Sequence record: NC_106721.1
From: Escherichia phage EC148
DNA: 64,000 bases
Direction: 5' to 3' (one strand)
Position 1 is the first letter of the stretch. Each line of letters begins with the position of its first letter. A program made the position numbers and the translations under genes. Shown piece by piece: positions 37,118 to 45,467 of the stretch. The notes below the pieces were generated by a model. The model saw only the letters and a program-made list of their open reading frames with translations, made no database searches and had not been told where the DNA came from.

Positions 37118-38107
37118 ATGACAGAAGAAGTAGCTAAGAGTCCTGAGACCGTCGCTAGCGTTGCAGCAGAACTGCACAGTCACGAGGAATCAGATAAGAA
37201 AAAGTGGGAGAAGGTCAGAGCCTACGAAGAAAAACATCGTGAACACGATGATGAAGAAGAAGATGACGATGATGAACATTGTCATAAATATGGAAAACAT
37301 AAAATGCAAGAACCAGTAAACGTATTCACTAGTGGCTTCCCTGGCCTACTGGGTGGTTACCCAGCAAACGCAGGTGCTTTCGGTGGTGAAGGTATGGGAC
37401 TATTCGGAGCTATCCTAATCGGTGCTCTATTAACCGGCGGATTCGGTGGTTTCGGTGGATTCGGTGGACGTGGTGTAGTTGGTGAAGGTACCGCAGTTGA
37501 TGCAGTACTTCAGAACCAAGATACCGCTAGTATTCTAGCAGCTATCAACACTACTCGTACAGAGGCTAACCAGGGTACTGGAGCTGTTTTAAGCGCAGTT
37601 AACAATGGTTTTAGCCAGACAACCCAAAACCAGAGCCGTGATACTCAGTCTGTACTAACTACGATCTACGGTACAGGTGCTAATCTGTCTAATCAGATCT
37701 GCCAGGAAACTCGCAACGTTATTCAGGGTCAGTTCGATCTTTCTCGCCAGATTGATCAATCTTTCGCAGCTAACCAGATAGCTCGTGCACAAGATAAGTT
37801 TGATTCTGCACAGATCGCTTTCCAGCAGACTTTACAAACTAATAACCAGTTTGCCGCTGTTCAGGCTCAGATGTGTGCTAACCAGAACTCTCTGGAACGT
37901 CAGATCGCTGAATGTTGCTGTGAACTTCAGACTGCGATCGCTGGTGTAACTACTGCGCGTATCCAGGATGAGTTAGACGCATGTCGCCTACGTGAAGCAA
38001 TCGCTGCGGGTAGCGGTGCTAACGGTCAGGTAATTAATCAAATCGCTTTAAGTCTTGGTGCTATCACTCAGACTCTGGCTGGTCTGCAGGCTAAACTGCC
38101 GGCTTAA
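37118..38107 (+). CDS. membrane-anchored Gly-zipper / Gln-Asn-rich protein
   Basis: start moved to ATG with AGGAGG RBS; acidic N-terminus, GLFGAILIGALLTGGFGGFGGFGG hydrophobic Gly-rich segment, then Q/N/T-rich repeats and a CCC motif. Confidence 0.55.
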   Translation: MTEEVAKSPETVASVAAELHSHEESDKKKWEKVRAYEEKHREHDDEEEDDDDEHCHKYGKHKMQEPVNVFTSGFPGLLGGYPANAGAFGGEGMGLFGAILIGALLTGGFGGFGGFGGRGVVGEGTAVDAVLQNQDTASILAAINTTRTEANQGTGAVLSAVNNGFSQTTQNQSRDTQSVLTTIYGTGANLSNQICQETRNVIQGQFDLSRQIDQSFAANQIARAQDKFDSAQIAFQQTLQTNNQFAAVQAQMCANQNSLERQIAECCCELQTAIAGVTTARIQDELDACRLREAIAAGSGANGQVINQIALSLGAITQTLAGLQAKLPA

Positions 38108-38128
38108 TATTAAGGGGAGGAGCCCATT

Positions 38129-38545
38129 ATGAGTAAATATGGTTTTGTAAATAACGGACTTAATCAAAGTATGGGCTCCCAGCAGCCCATTCCGGGTCTG
38201 GATAACCCCTACTTACAACAGTTGCAACAGCGTTTAGCAGAAGCGCAACAGATGCAGCAACAACTCCAGCAAAACCCTGGAAGTGTGAGTCCTATGCAAA
38301 TGATGCAGCAAATGAGCGGGCAGTCGCAAATGCCTCAACAAATGCAGCAACAGGTGCCTCAGCAGCAAGTTCAGCAACAAACCCAACAACCGCAGGTTTC
38401 TGCGGAAGGACAGGCAGTACTAGCCCTTTTCGAAGACTTCGCAAAGACAGAGGATGGGAAACAGCTTGTATCACTTATGGGTAAGTTTAATAGCTTCTGC
38501 CAAAGCCAAGTTGCAAAAGCTCAAAATGGGGGTAGTAACTCCTAA
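38129..38545 (+). CDS. Gln-rich low-complexity protein
   Basis: 138 aa; GGGGAGG RBS; poly-Q/M tracts. Confidence 0.5.
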   Translation: MSKYGFVNNGLNQSMGSQQPIPGLDNPYLQQLQQRLAEAQQMQQQLQQNPGSVSPMQMMQQMSGQSQMPQQMQQQVPQQQVQQQTQQPQVSAEGQAVLALFEDFAKTEDGKQLVSLMGKFNSFCQSQVAKAQNGGSNS

Positions 38546-38554
38546 GGAGGAAAT

Positions 38555-38749
38555 ATGTGTTGCAGAAAATCTGTTTCGTGCTGCCCAGTGCCTGTAGCAC
38601 GTTGTTGCTCTCCAGCAATGTTTACGCAAATACCGGCGTTCAATCCCTTTGCCTTTAAGCCTACTCTTATCCTGCCCCCTAGAGTAGATTTTCAGTCAAG
38701 ATTGGCCTCCCGTATGGGTGGTTGCTGTACACCGAGAGTATGGTTCTAA
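38555..38749 (+). CDS. Cys-rich peptide with four CC doublets
   Basis: 64 aa; AAGGAGG RBS; MCCRKSVSCCPVPVARCCSP ... GGCCTPRVWF. Confidence 0.45.
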   Translation: MCCRKSVSCCPVPVARCCSPAMFTQIPAFNPFAFKPTLILPPRVDFQSRLASRMGGCCTPRVWF

Positions 38750-38757
38750 ACCAAAAA

Positions 38758-38796
38758 CAAAAGCCCCTGCCGAAAGGTAAGGGGCTTTTTCTTTTG
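38758..38796 (+). terminator. rho-independent terminator
   Basis: stem AGCCCCT/AGGGGCT followed by TTTTTCTTTT. Confidence 0.65.
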
Positions 38797-38804
38797 CCTT
38801 AAAT

Positions 38805-38842
38805 ACAGAAAAGCCCGCGCTCTCGTAGGAAACGCGGGCTTG
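38805..38842 (-). terminator. rho-independent terminator
   Basis: stem AGCCCGCG/CGCGGGCT with U-tract on the minus strand after the SPFH gene stop. Confidence 0.6.
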
Positions 38843-38864
38843 GTTCGAAGATTACGTGTAACTA

Positions 38865-39812
38865 TTACTTGTTACGCATATCCATGATCATTTGACCATC
38901 GTAGCCAGTACCTACCACAGTCTGAGGTACACCACCTTGATACTTCTGAGCACGGATCATTTCAACTTCCAGTTGTTTCCAACGAATCATTTCAGGAGTA
39001 ATGGTACGTTGCAATGCGGCGTTAGCTTCAGCTTCTTTCTTAGCTGCGTACAGTTTAGCATCTGCGTCACGTTCATTAGCAATAGCTTGGTTGTTACGAG
39101 CTTCACGATCTGCTTCTGCTTGTTTAACTTTTTGCTGTGCTTCCTGTTCAACGCGAGCAAGTTCAGCTTTCGCAGCATTAACTTGCTCTTCACGAACTTT
39201 GGTATTCTGTACCTGTTCCATGATTACTGGCGGCAAGGTAATATCCTGAAGGAATACCTGCTTAACTGTGTAACCATATGGGCGCGCATACTCTTCAACT
39301 TCCTGTTGAATTGCAGTTTGCAATTGAGCCTGAATTTTAGCATCAAATAAATCTTGTGCTTTAGGTACAGACTTACCAAACTCACGAATAGTAGACAGTA
39401 ATTTTTCAGTTACATACTTGTCTAGTGCCTGATCCTGAGTACCTGCGTTAATACGGTTAATCGGTGCTTTAGAACCATCAAACTGCAACATAACAGTCAG
39501 GTCAACAGTGGATTTAAACTTATCCTGGCTAGGAACCTGAAGTTTATCTAATTTTACAGCAATATCTTTTGTACTAAAAGTATCGAAAGATGCAAACGGG
39601 TTTACAAGATGGAAGCCCGGCAATACTGGATTAGGGTCTACTTTACCCAGGAATGTTTGGGTTTTAACCGTACCATCAGAAACAATAGTATATGAATTAA
39701 AAGCTAGGATTAAACCTGCTAAACCAACTACAGCACCAATACCCCAACGTTTAATAGTACGAATTACTTTCTGCTCAGAAGTCAGTTCTTTCATATTTTT
39801 AGTAGCAAACAT
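38865..39812 (-). CDS. SPFH/band-7 (prohibitin/HflKC-like) membrane protein
   Basis: 315 aa; N-terminal TM helix, SPFH-like core, Ala/Glu/Gln coiled coil, prohibitin-like C-terminus. Confidence 0.55.
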   Translation of the reverse strand: MFATKNMKELTSEQKVIRTIKRWGIGAVVGLAGLILAFNSYTIVSDGTVKTQTFLGKVDPNPVLPGFHLVNPFASFDTFSTKDIAVKLDKLQVPSQDKFKSTVDLTVMLQFDGSKAPINRINAGTQDQALDKYVTEKLLSTIREFGKSVPKAQDLFDAKIQAQLQTAIQQEVEEYARPYGYTVKQVFLQDITLPPVIMEQVQNTKVREEQVNAAKAELARVEQEAQQKVKQAEADREARNNQAIANERDADAKLYAAKKEAEANAALQRTITPEMIRWKQLEVEMIRAQKYQGGVPQTVVGTGYDGQMIMDMRNK

Positions 39813-39846
39813 ATATTTCCTTTGTTTTAGTTACAGTTAATAAAAT

Positions 39847-39921
39847 TGGCCGAGGTGACAGGATTCGAACCTGCATAAAGGAATTTAGAAGACTCCTGCC
39901 TCTCCCTTAGACTACACCCCG
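39847..39921 (-). tRNA. tRNA-Arg (UCU)
   Basis: 75 nt; anticodon loop CTTCTAA; T-arm ACAGG-TTCGAAT-CCTGC. Confidence 0.5.
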
Positions 39922-40423
39922 TTTAAGTATTTTTAAGAACTCTCGTAAAAACTCTTAAAAATACAGACGATACCGGGAGAGTCATAAGTCTCACTCATTA
40001 AGTATTTCAAGACAAAATACAGTAACGTCTATTATTTTCCAGTTTAAGTCAGGGTGACTTAGTGGTTATGTCCTGCGGTATATTGAGGACTCGGTTAGGC
40101 TTGGGGTCATGACTTCCCACCTTTTGCTGCTACTCAACAGGAGTTATCGCGAATTACCTGTGCTATTGTGCACCATTAGTGACATCTCTCATGTCAGCAT
40201 TTCCCACTTTGTGGATAGCTTGAAAAACTACTCCGATATGGAGAAAGAACTTCACTATCCTAGAATACCTTCTAAAGTTCTTCTTTAGCCTGGACATAGT
40301 TAAATCGTAATAAAACTATTCAGCAGACTGGTTGGTTAGTCTGGAACCAACTACCGCGTGGTTTAGGCAGTGCGCAACTAACCTCGGAAGCTTTTATGTT
40401 AAAAGCATCAGTTATCCAGTTCT

Positions 40424-40493
40424 TACCGACCGTAGGATTCGAACCTACATCTTCCACCAGTTACGGCTTGATAATACCAATTATACTAGGACG
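40424..40493 (-). tRNA. tRNA-like element, anticodon unresolved
   Basis: T-arm GTAGG-ATTCGAA-CCTAC and plausible acceptor pairing; internal arms not resolved. Confidence 0.25.
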
Positions 40494-40718
40494 GCAGTGT
40501 TACTACATAAGTGATTTCCACACCCCACTATTTATAAATCAGAGAAGAGTTTAGGGGAGAGGTTTCAGACGCCTCATTTTACACGTTCTAGCCACTAACC
40601 GGGATTGCCGCCCCCTGTGTACTAGTTTTACAACTAACCCACCGACTCTATTCAATGCGCTCCGGTTGGGATTCTGCACTCAGCGTAATCGGCTCGCTGT
40701 TCCCTAATTTATGAATAT

Positions 40719-40747
40719 ATTATACAGAATTTATAAGCATTTAGCAA
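40719..40747 (-). promoter_or_regulatory. early promoter, TTGCTA-17-TATAAT
   Basis: conserved cassette. Confidence 0.55.
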
Positions 40748-40755
40748 ATGAATTT

Positions 40756-41190
40756 TTAGAAAAATTCACTAGCAATCAAAGCAGTTGTTTTACCGTCATA
40801 ACGTCCGGGAAATTCTGCCTTAATAGTTTTCATTAATAGAGCTTTGGTAATACCTGGGTTTAATTTAACCAGTTCTGCAAAATACTCACGAATCTGAACC
40901 TCAGTCAGTTGACTTGGCTGATACTCTTGCAGCATGGAATAAAGCAGTTGCTCATAGTCTACATCAGTAGGAACTTCCATACCAACTTTAATAGCGCGTT
41001 GTTTTGCATTTTCTAGAGCCTTAATCTGAGCTTTCAGATAGGCTACGAACTCGGTTCGAGTAACAATGTCTTTATCAATACGTTGCAGATCACCAATCAT
41101 GGTCTGAAGATTAAGTGCCCGTTCCTTATCACCGTGAGTACGTGCTAGACTAAGTAGTCCACGAAGGGTCATTAGAATATTTTCACCCAT
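40756..41190 (-). CDS. hypothetical protein
   Basis: 144 aa ORF. Confidence 0.45.
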   Translation of the reverse strand: MGENILMTLRGLLSLARTHGDKERALNLQTMIGDLQRIDKDIVTRTEFVAYLKAQIKALENAKQRAIKVGMEVPTDVDYEQLLYSMLQEYQPSQLTEVQIREYFAELVKLNPGITKALLMKTIKAEFPGRYDGKTTALIASEFF

Positions 41191-41194
41191 TATT

Positions 41195-41362
41195 TCATCC
41201 CCAATGCTTGGTTAAAAGATTGTTCTGTCATAACTGCTGAGACTTTGGCGAAATCAAACTTTTTAGGGTTCGTAGTTATTTCAGCAACGTTAGAAGTTTT
41301 AACAGTTTTCGTAGTACGAATACCGCGAGTGTTAACACCAATAATTACAACTGATTTCATAT
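41195..41362 (-). CDS. hypothetical small protein (55 aa)
   Basis: own translation MKSVVIIGVNTRGIRTTKTVK...; directly behind promoter 41392-41420; stop overlaps next start. Confidence 0.35.
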
Positions 41363-41391
41363 TTCGCTTCCTCTCATTAATTTATGAAAGT

Positions 41392-41420
41392 ATTATACAG
41401 AAATTTAAGTAGCTAAGCAA
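41392..41420 (-). promoter_or_regulatory. early promoter, TTGCTT-17-TATAAT
   Basis: conserved cassette. Confidence 0.55.
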
Positions 41421-41428
41421 GTAAATTT

Positions 41429-41896
41429 TTAAGTTTTAGTGACAACAGGTTTATAGAATGTATGTCCCTTAATCTTAGTTGTTTTCTTAAACTTCTTTGT
41501 CCAGTAAGGTTTATCTTTACCACTATGGAAGTATAGTGCTCCATATGTAGGATCTTGTGGTAAATCAACGTAGTATATCACTCTAGCTAAATTCTTAGCA
41601 GTTTGCCAAGCCTCATCAGTTTTATCAACTTTTGGTCTCTTAGATACCCAAGAGAACTGGTTAGACTGATATACTACTTTACAGTAGGAATCTGGGAATT
41701 TACCGGAGTTTACACGGTTTTTAGTAACATGTGCAATCGCCGTCATTCCCTTTATGCCCTCACCACGACTTTCGAAATAGATATTTTTAGCAATGCAATC
41801 TATTTCTTTTGCATCGTGCGATGCCTGACTACTAAAGCTGAAGGTAAGGGCAGCTACTAAAAGCAAAGCTGCCTTCATTCTTTTTACTCCTGCCAA
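41429..41896 (-). CDS. secreted cell-wall hydrolase, SleB/Hydrolase_2-like
   Basis: 155 aa; signal peptide; ESRGEG ... AIAHVTKNRVNSGKFP ... QSNQFSW matches the SleB-family signature. Confidence 0.5.
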   Translation of the reverse strand: MAGVKRMKAALLLVAALTFSFSSQASHDAKEIDCIAKNIYFESRGEGIKGMTAIAHVTKNRVNSGKFPDSYCKVVYQSNQFSWVSKRPKVDKTDEAWQTAKNLARVIYYVDLPQDPTYGALYFHSGKDKPYWTKKFKKTTKIKGHTFYKPVVTKT

Positions 41897-42201
41897 TCAT
41901 ATTCAACACGATTGGGATTTTCTTTATACCCTAAGTCAAGCAAATCATTACGCATATTTTGCTTAGCTACTGGGTTCGAGGTTACTAGTACCACTTTCTT
42001 TGGTCTCTGCCCAAATTCTAAGAGTAAACGAAGAATTTGATAACCTTCCATACCATCTACAGCCAAGTCATTATCCATATAAACGAAATGGCCGGTGGTA
42101 TCAGTTTTATTCAGAAACTCTACAGCGGCTTCTGGGGTTCGAATGATAATGTCCATTCCGTGAAGATTACGCACATCATCAATCAAAATATGAAAAGTCA
42201 T
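41884..42201 (-). CDS. CheY-like receiver-domain protein (tentative)
   Basis: 105 aa; HILIDDV, YMDNDL, VVLVTS pattern resembles receiver beta1/beta3/beta4 motifs. Confidence 0.3.
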   Translation of the reverse strand: MTFHILIDDVRNLHGMDIIIRTPEAAVEFLNKTDTTGHFVYMDNDLAVDGMEGYQILRLLLEFGQRPKKVVLVTSNPVAKQNMRNDLLDLGYKENPNRVEYDWQE

Positions 42202-42231
42202 AATAGCCTCGTTTCATCAATTTAAAAATAT

Positions 42232-42260
42232 ATTATACAGATAACTTAGTAAATTAGCAA
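42232..42260 (-). promoter_or_regulatory. early promoter, TTGCTA-17-TATAAT
   Basis: conserved cassette. Confidence 0.55.
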
Positions 42261-42643
42261 ATACATTTTTAAATTGTGAAACTAGTAAACCGATAAACAG
42301 CCTAGAGGCGCCACAGGCCATATCTTATGAGCCATGTACCTTTGATCTAGGGTTTGAATCATCAACGAATACTTTGCATCTTTTAGCTTTAGAAGTTTAG
42401 AAGTTTGAGTTCTTTAAACTTTTCAGCTTTCATACTTAAATGTTGATCTTTGAAGTTGTGTCGGTAATATCAACGACGCTTTGTTCTTACGTGTCAGCTT
42501 AAAAGGCTGGTGTAATAAACATAATCTCCAATAGATTATACTTTATAGTATGGTCAGCGGTCTTATTTAACCTCGTATTTCAACCGCTGCTGCGAGGTAA
42601 GATGCTTGGGCTTTCGTCTACCGATTTACTAGCTTTTAAATTA

Positions 42644-43282
42644 TTACTCTACTTCAATGAAGGTAGAGGCGTTAGACTCGGACAGAACAAAGTCAACATT
42701 TGTTGCAAAGTCCTGGTATTCCTCGTCATGCTGCTTAATCAACTTCTCCAGTTCCAGCGGATCAATCAAGAATGGAGTATTCTTGAGTTCCAGCAGGTTG
42801 AGTTGCATTTTAACTTCATCTTCGGAAGTTTTCTTATCACGGGTAGCCATGCTATCCTGCAAACGCTCATATTTAGCATCAAACTGTGCTTTCTGCGTAT
42901 TAAACTTAACCGTAGCGGCATGGAACTGCTTACGCATGTTAGCCAGCAGTTGAGCTTTAAGCTCCATAGAACGCTTAGCTTCAATTGCTTCCGCAACAGT
43001 CATTTTACGAGAACCGATCTCAACGATTGTTTCTGCATTGCTCTTAATCAGAGCAGATTTAATACGATCACGCTGAGACATCATATCCAGCAGAGACTGG
43101 AAATCAGTCTTAATACGAGTAGACAGATCAGCTACTTCGATTGCAGCGCCAACTACAACCTGGTTTTTATCCTTACCTTCACCAACAGCGATCAGAAGCT
43201 GCTGTTCAGTAGCTTTACGGATTTTAGCTTCCAGAGATTTGATAGTTGCTAGAGCGCGAGTTTTAGAAATACGAGTAGTCAT
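42644..43282 (-). CDS. hypothetical protein
   Basis: 212 aa; strongly biased codons (CGT, CTG, GGT); overlapping plus-strand ORF 42602..43252 judged spurious. Confidence 0.5.
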   Translation of the reverse strand: MTTRISKTRALATIKSLEAKIRKATEQQLLIAVGEGKDKNQVVVGAAIEVADLSTRIKTDFQSLLDMMSQRDRIKSALIKSNAETIVEIGSRKMTVAEAIEAKRSMELKAQLLANMRKQFHAATVKFNTQKAQFDAKYERLQDSMATRDKKTSEDEVKMQLNLLELKNTPFLIDPLELEKLIKQHDEEYQDFATNVDFVLSESNASTFIEVE

Positions 43283-43335
43283 TATTTGTTTCCTTATATG
43301 AGGTTTGAGATTTGAATTTGTTTAAAGTTGGTCTA

Positions 43336-43518
43336 TTACAGACCAATTGCCAGCAGAGTGCGCAGAACAGTATCGTTACTGTTATCAATTTTAGGATTAG
43401 CACGATTTAGCAGATCAAAGATTTTCTGGACACCTGATTGACGTTCAGCCATACGACGGATACCCAGATTACGAGTAGCTTTCTTACCATTTTTACGAAC
43501 ATTTTTAGATACTGGCAT
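43336..43518 (-). CDS. small basic protein
   Basis: 60 aa, Lys/Arg-rich. Confidence 0.4.
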   Translation of the reverse strand: MPVSKNVRKNGKKATRNLGIRRMAERQSGVQKIFDLLNRANPKIDNSNDTVLRTLLAIGL

Positions 43519-43558
43519 ATTTGTTTTCCTTTTATTGTTTTCTCAAATTTATGAATAT

Positions 43559-43587
43559 ATTATACAGAATTTTGGAGCCGGAAGCAA
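43559..43587 (-). promoter_or_regulatory. early promoter, TTGCTT-17-TATAAT
   Basis: conserved cassette. Confidence 0.55.
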
Positions 43588-43588
43588 A

Positions 43589-44290
43589 TCAAATTTTCAT
43601 TTTTTCGATCATAGCTGCAACACAATAGCTTTCAACTAAGGCATCAAATGCAGGATCATGCTTAACCGGATAGATCCCATAACGAATGGTGTCCATCTTC
43701 TCCATTTTAGCTTTTGCCCAGCTAATACCTTCAGCCTCTAGATCTTTGTAACTATAATCAGCTTGCATCCAGAGATTACGAAGAGATCGAACATTGCCCA
43801 AATTCCAGAATTTCCACGGAACTACCTCTTCATTGGTTCCAGCATGGAATGTGTTTGCAGAGTAGATAGTCATATCAAACTCTGGGCCATTACCATAATA
43901 CAAAGCATTTTCGCCTAGAGCCAACTCCATAATATTTTGAGCCATAGAGAAGGCAGCATAGTTTGAGCCAAATTTATTAGTGCAATGATGTTTACCATTT
44001 TGGAAGGCAATCAGTTTTGGATTACGTTCCTTCATAGCTTCCATAATGTGAATAGCAGACGGGCTATTTTTAGCTTGATCCATCCAGAATGCTAGAGTAG
44101 ATGCTGTAACTTTAGCACCAGAATTAAGCTGATCTTGTACATCCAAAGTAACAAATACTAGATCAGGGTCTTTATCAATTCCATGCATAGCCACAAAAGC
44201 GAAAGAAGGCATTGCGATATGAGTAGTACCACAATCTCCTGGAGTTCCCAGAGATTCAATATCTAGCATACCAAATGGTTTTACTTTCAT
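43589..44290 (-). CDS. hypothetical protein, possible DEDD-type exonuclease
   Basis: 233 aa; N-terminal MLDIESLGT resembles Exo I motif (D-x-E); other motifs not confirmed. Confidence 0.3.
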   Translation of the reverse strand: MKVKPFGMLDIESLGTPGDCGTTHIAMPSFAFVAMHGIDKDPDLVFVTLDVQDQLNSGAKVTASTLAFWMDQAKNSPSAIHIMEAMKERNPKLIAFQNGKHHCTNKFGSNYAAFSMAQNIMELALGENALYYGNGPEFDMTIYSANTFHAGTNEEVVPWKFWNLGNVRSLRNLWMQADYSYKDLEAEGISWAKAKMEKMDTIRYGIYPVKHDPAFDALVESYCVAAMIEKMKI

Positions 44291-44318
44291 AAGTTATCCT
44301 TTATTGTGTAGAAAACTA

Positions 44319-44555
44319 TTAAAGAGCTGTCTCTTTAATAGACTCCCACTTCTTGGGGTCTTTAAAACCAGGGAGCATATCCTCACTGACATCCCAGTTC
44401 TCTTCCATAGAGAAGTCGGGCCATTCATCCCAACTACCTTCCAACTCTTCATAACAGGTATCCATTACCTCATGACTAGAAAGTCGTGTATAATCCCTAG
44501 CTGACTTATGGGTGGTAGCACGGTTAAAATCATTCTTTGCCACAAAATTACGCAT
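44319..44555 (-). CDS. hypothetical acidic protein
   Basis: 78 aa ORF. Confidence 0.4.
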   Translation of the reverse strand: MRNFVAKNDFNRATTHKSARDYTRLSSHEVMDTCYEELEGSWDEWPDFSMEENWDVSEDMLPGFKDPKKWESIKETAL

Positions 44556-44561
44556 AGTTTC

Positions 44562-44590
44562 TCCAAATAAGAGGGGCTTTCGCCCCCTGA
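44562..44590 (-). terminator. rho-independent terminator candidate
   Basis: stem AGGGGC/GCCCCT with UUCG-like loop and U-tract on minus strand. Confidence 0.5.
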
Positions 44591-44596
44591 TTTAAA

Positions 44597-44812
44597 TCAC
44601 TTGCCCAGCAGTTTAAGGATATTTTCCATAATAGTTTGGGCAGATTTTTCACTCTTGTTGGTTTCAGCCAACTTTAAAGCGAGTTCTTCCTGCTGTTTCT
44701 GAATATCAGCTGCGATTTTTTGATCAGCCTCAATACGAGCTTGAAGCTCATCAGTGATAGTGGTAAAGGAAGCAACGATTTCAGTAACAGAACGTGGTTT
44801 CTTAGAGAACAT
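44597..44812 (-). CDS. hypothetical coiled-coil protein
   Basis: 71 aa ORF. Confidence 0.4.
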   Translation of the reverse strand: MFSKKPRSVTEIVASFTTITDELQARIEADQKIAADIQKQQEELALKLAETNKSEKSAQTIMENILKLLGK

Positions 44813-44876
44813 AAAAAATATCCTTGATTAGTTAGAGAATTAGTGGATTGTAGGGGCTTCTGCCCCTATTTATCTA

Positions 44877-45392
44877 TTACTTCGCTTTACGCTTGCGAGC
44901 TGGTTTAGCAGATTTACGAGCAGAATCACCAGTGAACTTAATGCCTACACCGTAACACAGAGCGCGAACATTATCTTTACTATACTCTACGCCAAAGATA
45001 TTTGGCTTAACAGAACCAAACTGTCCACGAGTATCGCGCAATACATCTGCTGTTGGTTTACGCTTCTGGTTAACTGCCTTCTCGTAGTCTTTCATAGACA
45101 TACCATTACGAGAGAACAATTCAGCCCCAGCGTTGAAACTCAAAGATACTGGGACAGATTTGTGGCCGTAATTTTCTACATACATAACCATTTTGTAGGA
45201 TTTACGGGTGGCATTTTTAGCTTTAGGCTTCTTACGAATCGGAGCCGGATTATTCAATGCTTGCGCAGCCTGAGCATCGGTAGGATGCTTACGCAGGTGA
45301 CGTTCCAGACGAGCTTTGCGATTAGCCTCGGTCTGCGGGAAAGTTTTAACTGCCGGGGCTGCTTGAGTTTTTGCGTTTTTCTGCTTAGCCAT
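44877..45392 (-). CDS. basic protein, possible nucleic-acid-binding
   Basis: 171 aa; Lys/Arg-rich termini. Confidence 0.45.
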   Translation of the reverse strand: MAKQKNAKTQAAPAVKTFPQTEANRKARLERHLRKHPTDAQAAQALNNPAPIRKKPKAKNATRKSYKMVMYVENYGHKSVPVSLSFNAGAELFSRNGMSMKDYEKAVNQKRKPTADVLRDTRGQFGSVKPNIFGVEYSKDNVRALCYGVGIKFTGDSARKSAKPARKRKAK

Positions 45393-45430
45393 TATTTGTT
45401 TTCCTTTTTGTTTATCAATTTATGAAGTAT

Positions 45431-45459
45431 ATTATACGAGAATTTGAAGCGTTTAGCAA
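45431..45459 (-). promoter_or_regulatory. early promoter, TTGCTA-17-TATAAT
   Basis: conserved cassette. Confidence 0.55.
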
Positions 45460-45467
45460 ATGAATTT

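Noticed and set aside
38892-39350. Three ORFs inside the SPFH gene (38892..39350 +, 39001..39249 +, 38987..39193 -)
   Set aside because: They lie entirely within the well-supported 315 aa SPFH reading frame and have low-complexity translations; antisense or alternate-frame artefacts.
42602-43252. 216 aa plus-strand ORF overlapping the 212 aa minus-strand gene
   Set aside because: The minus-strand frame has coherent codon bias and sits in the co-directional block; the plus-strand translation is Leu/Phe/Ser-rich junk.
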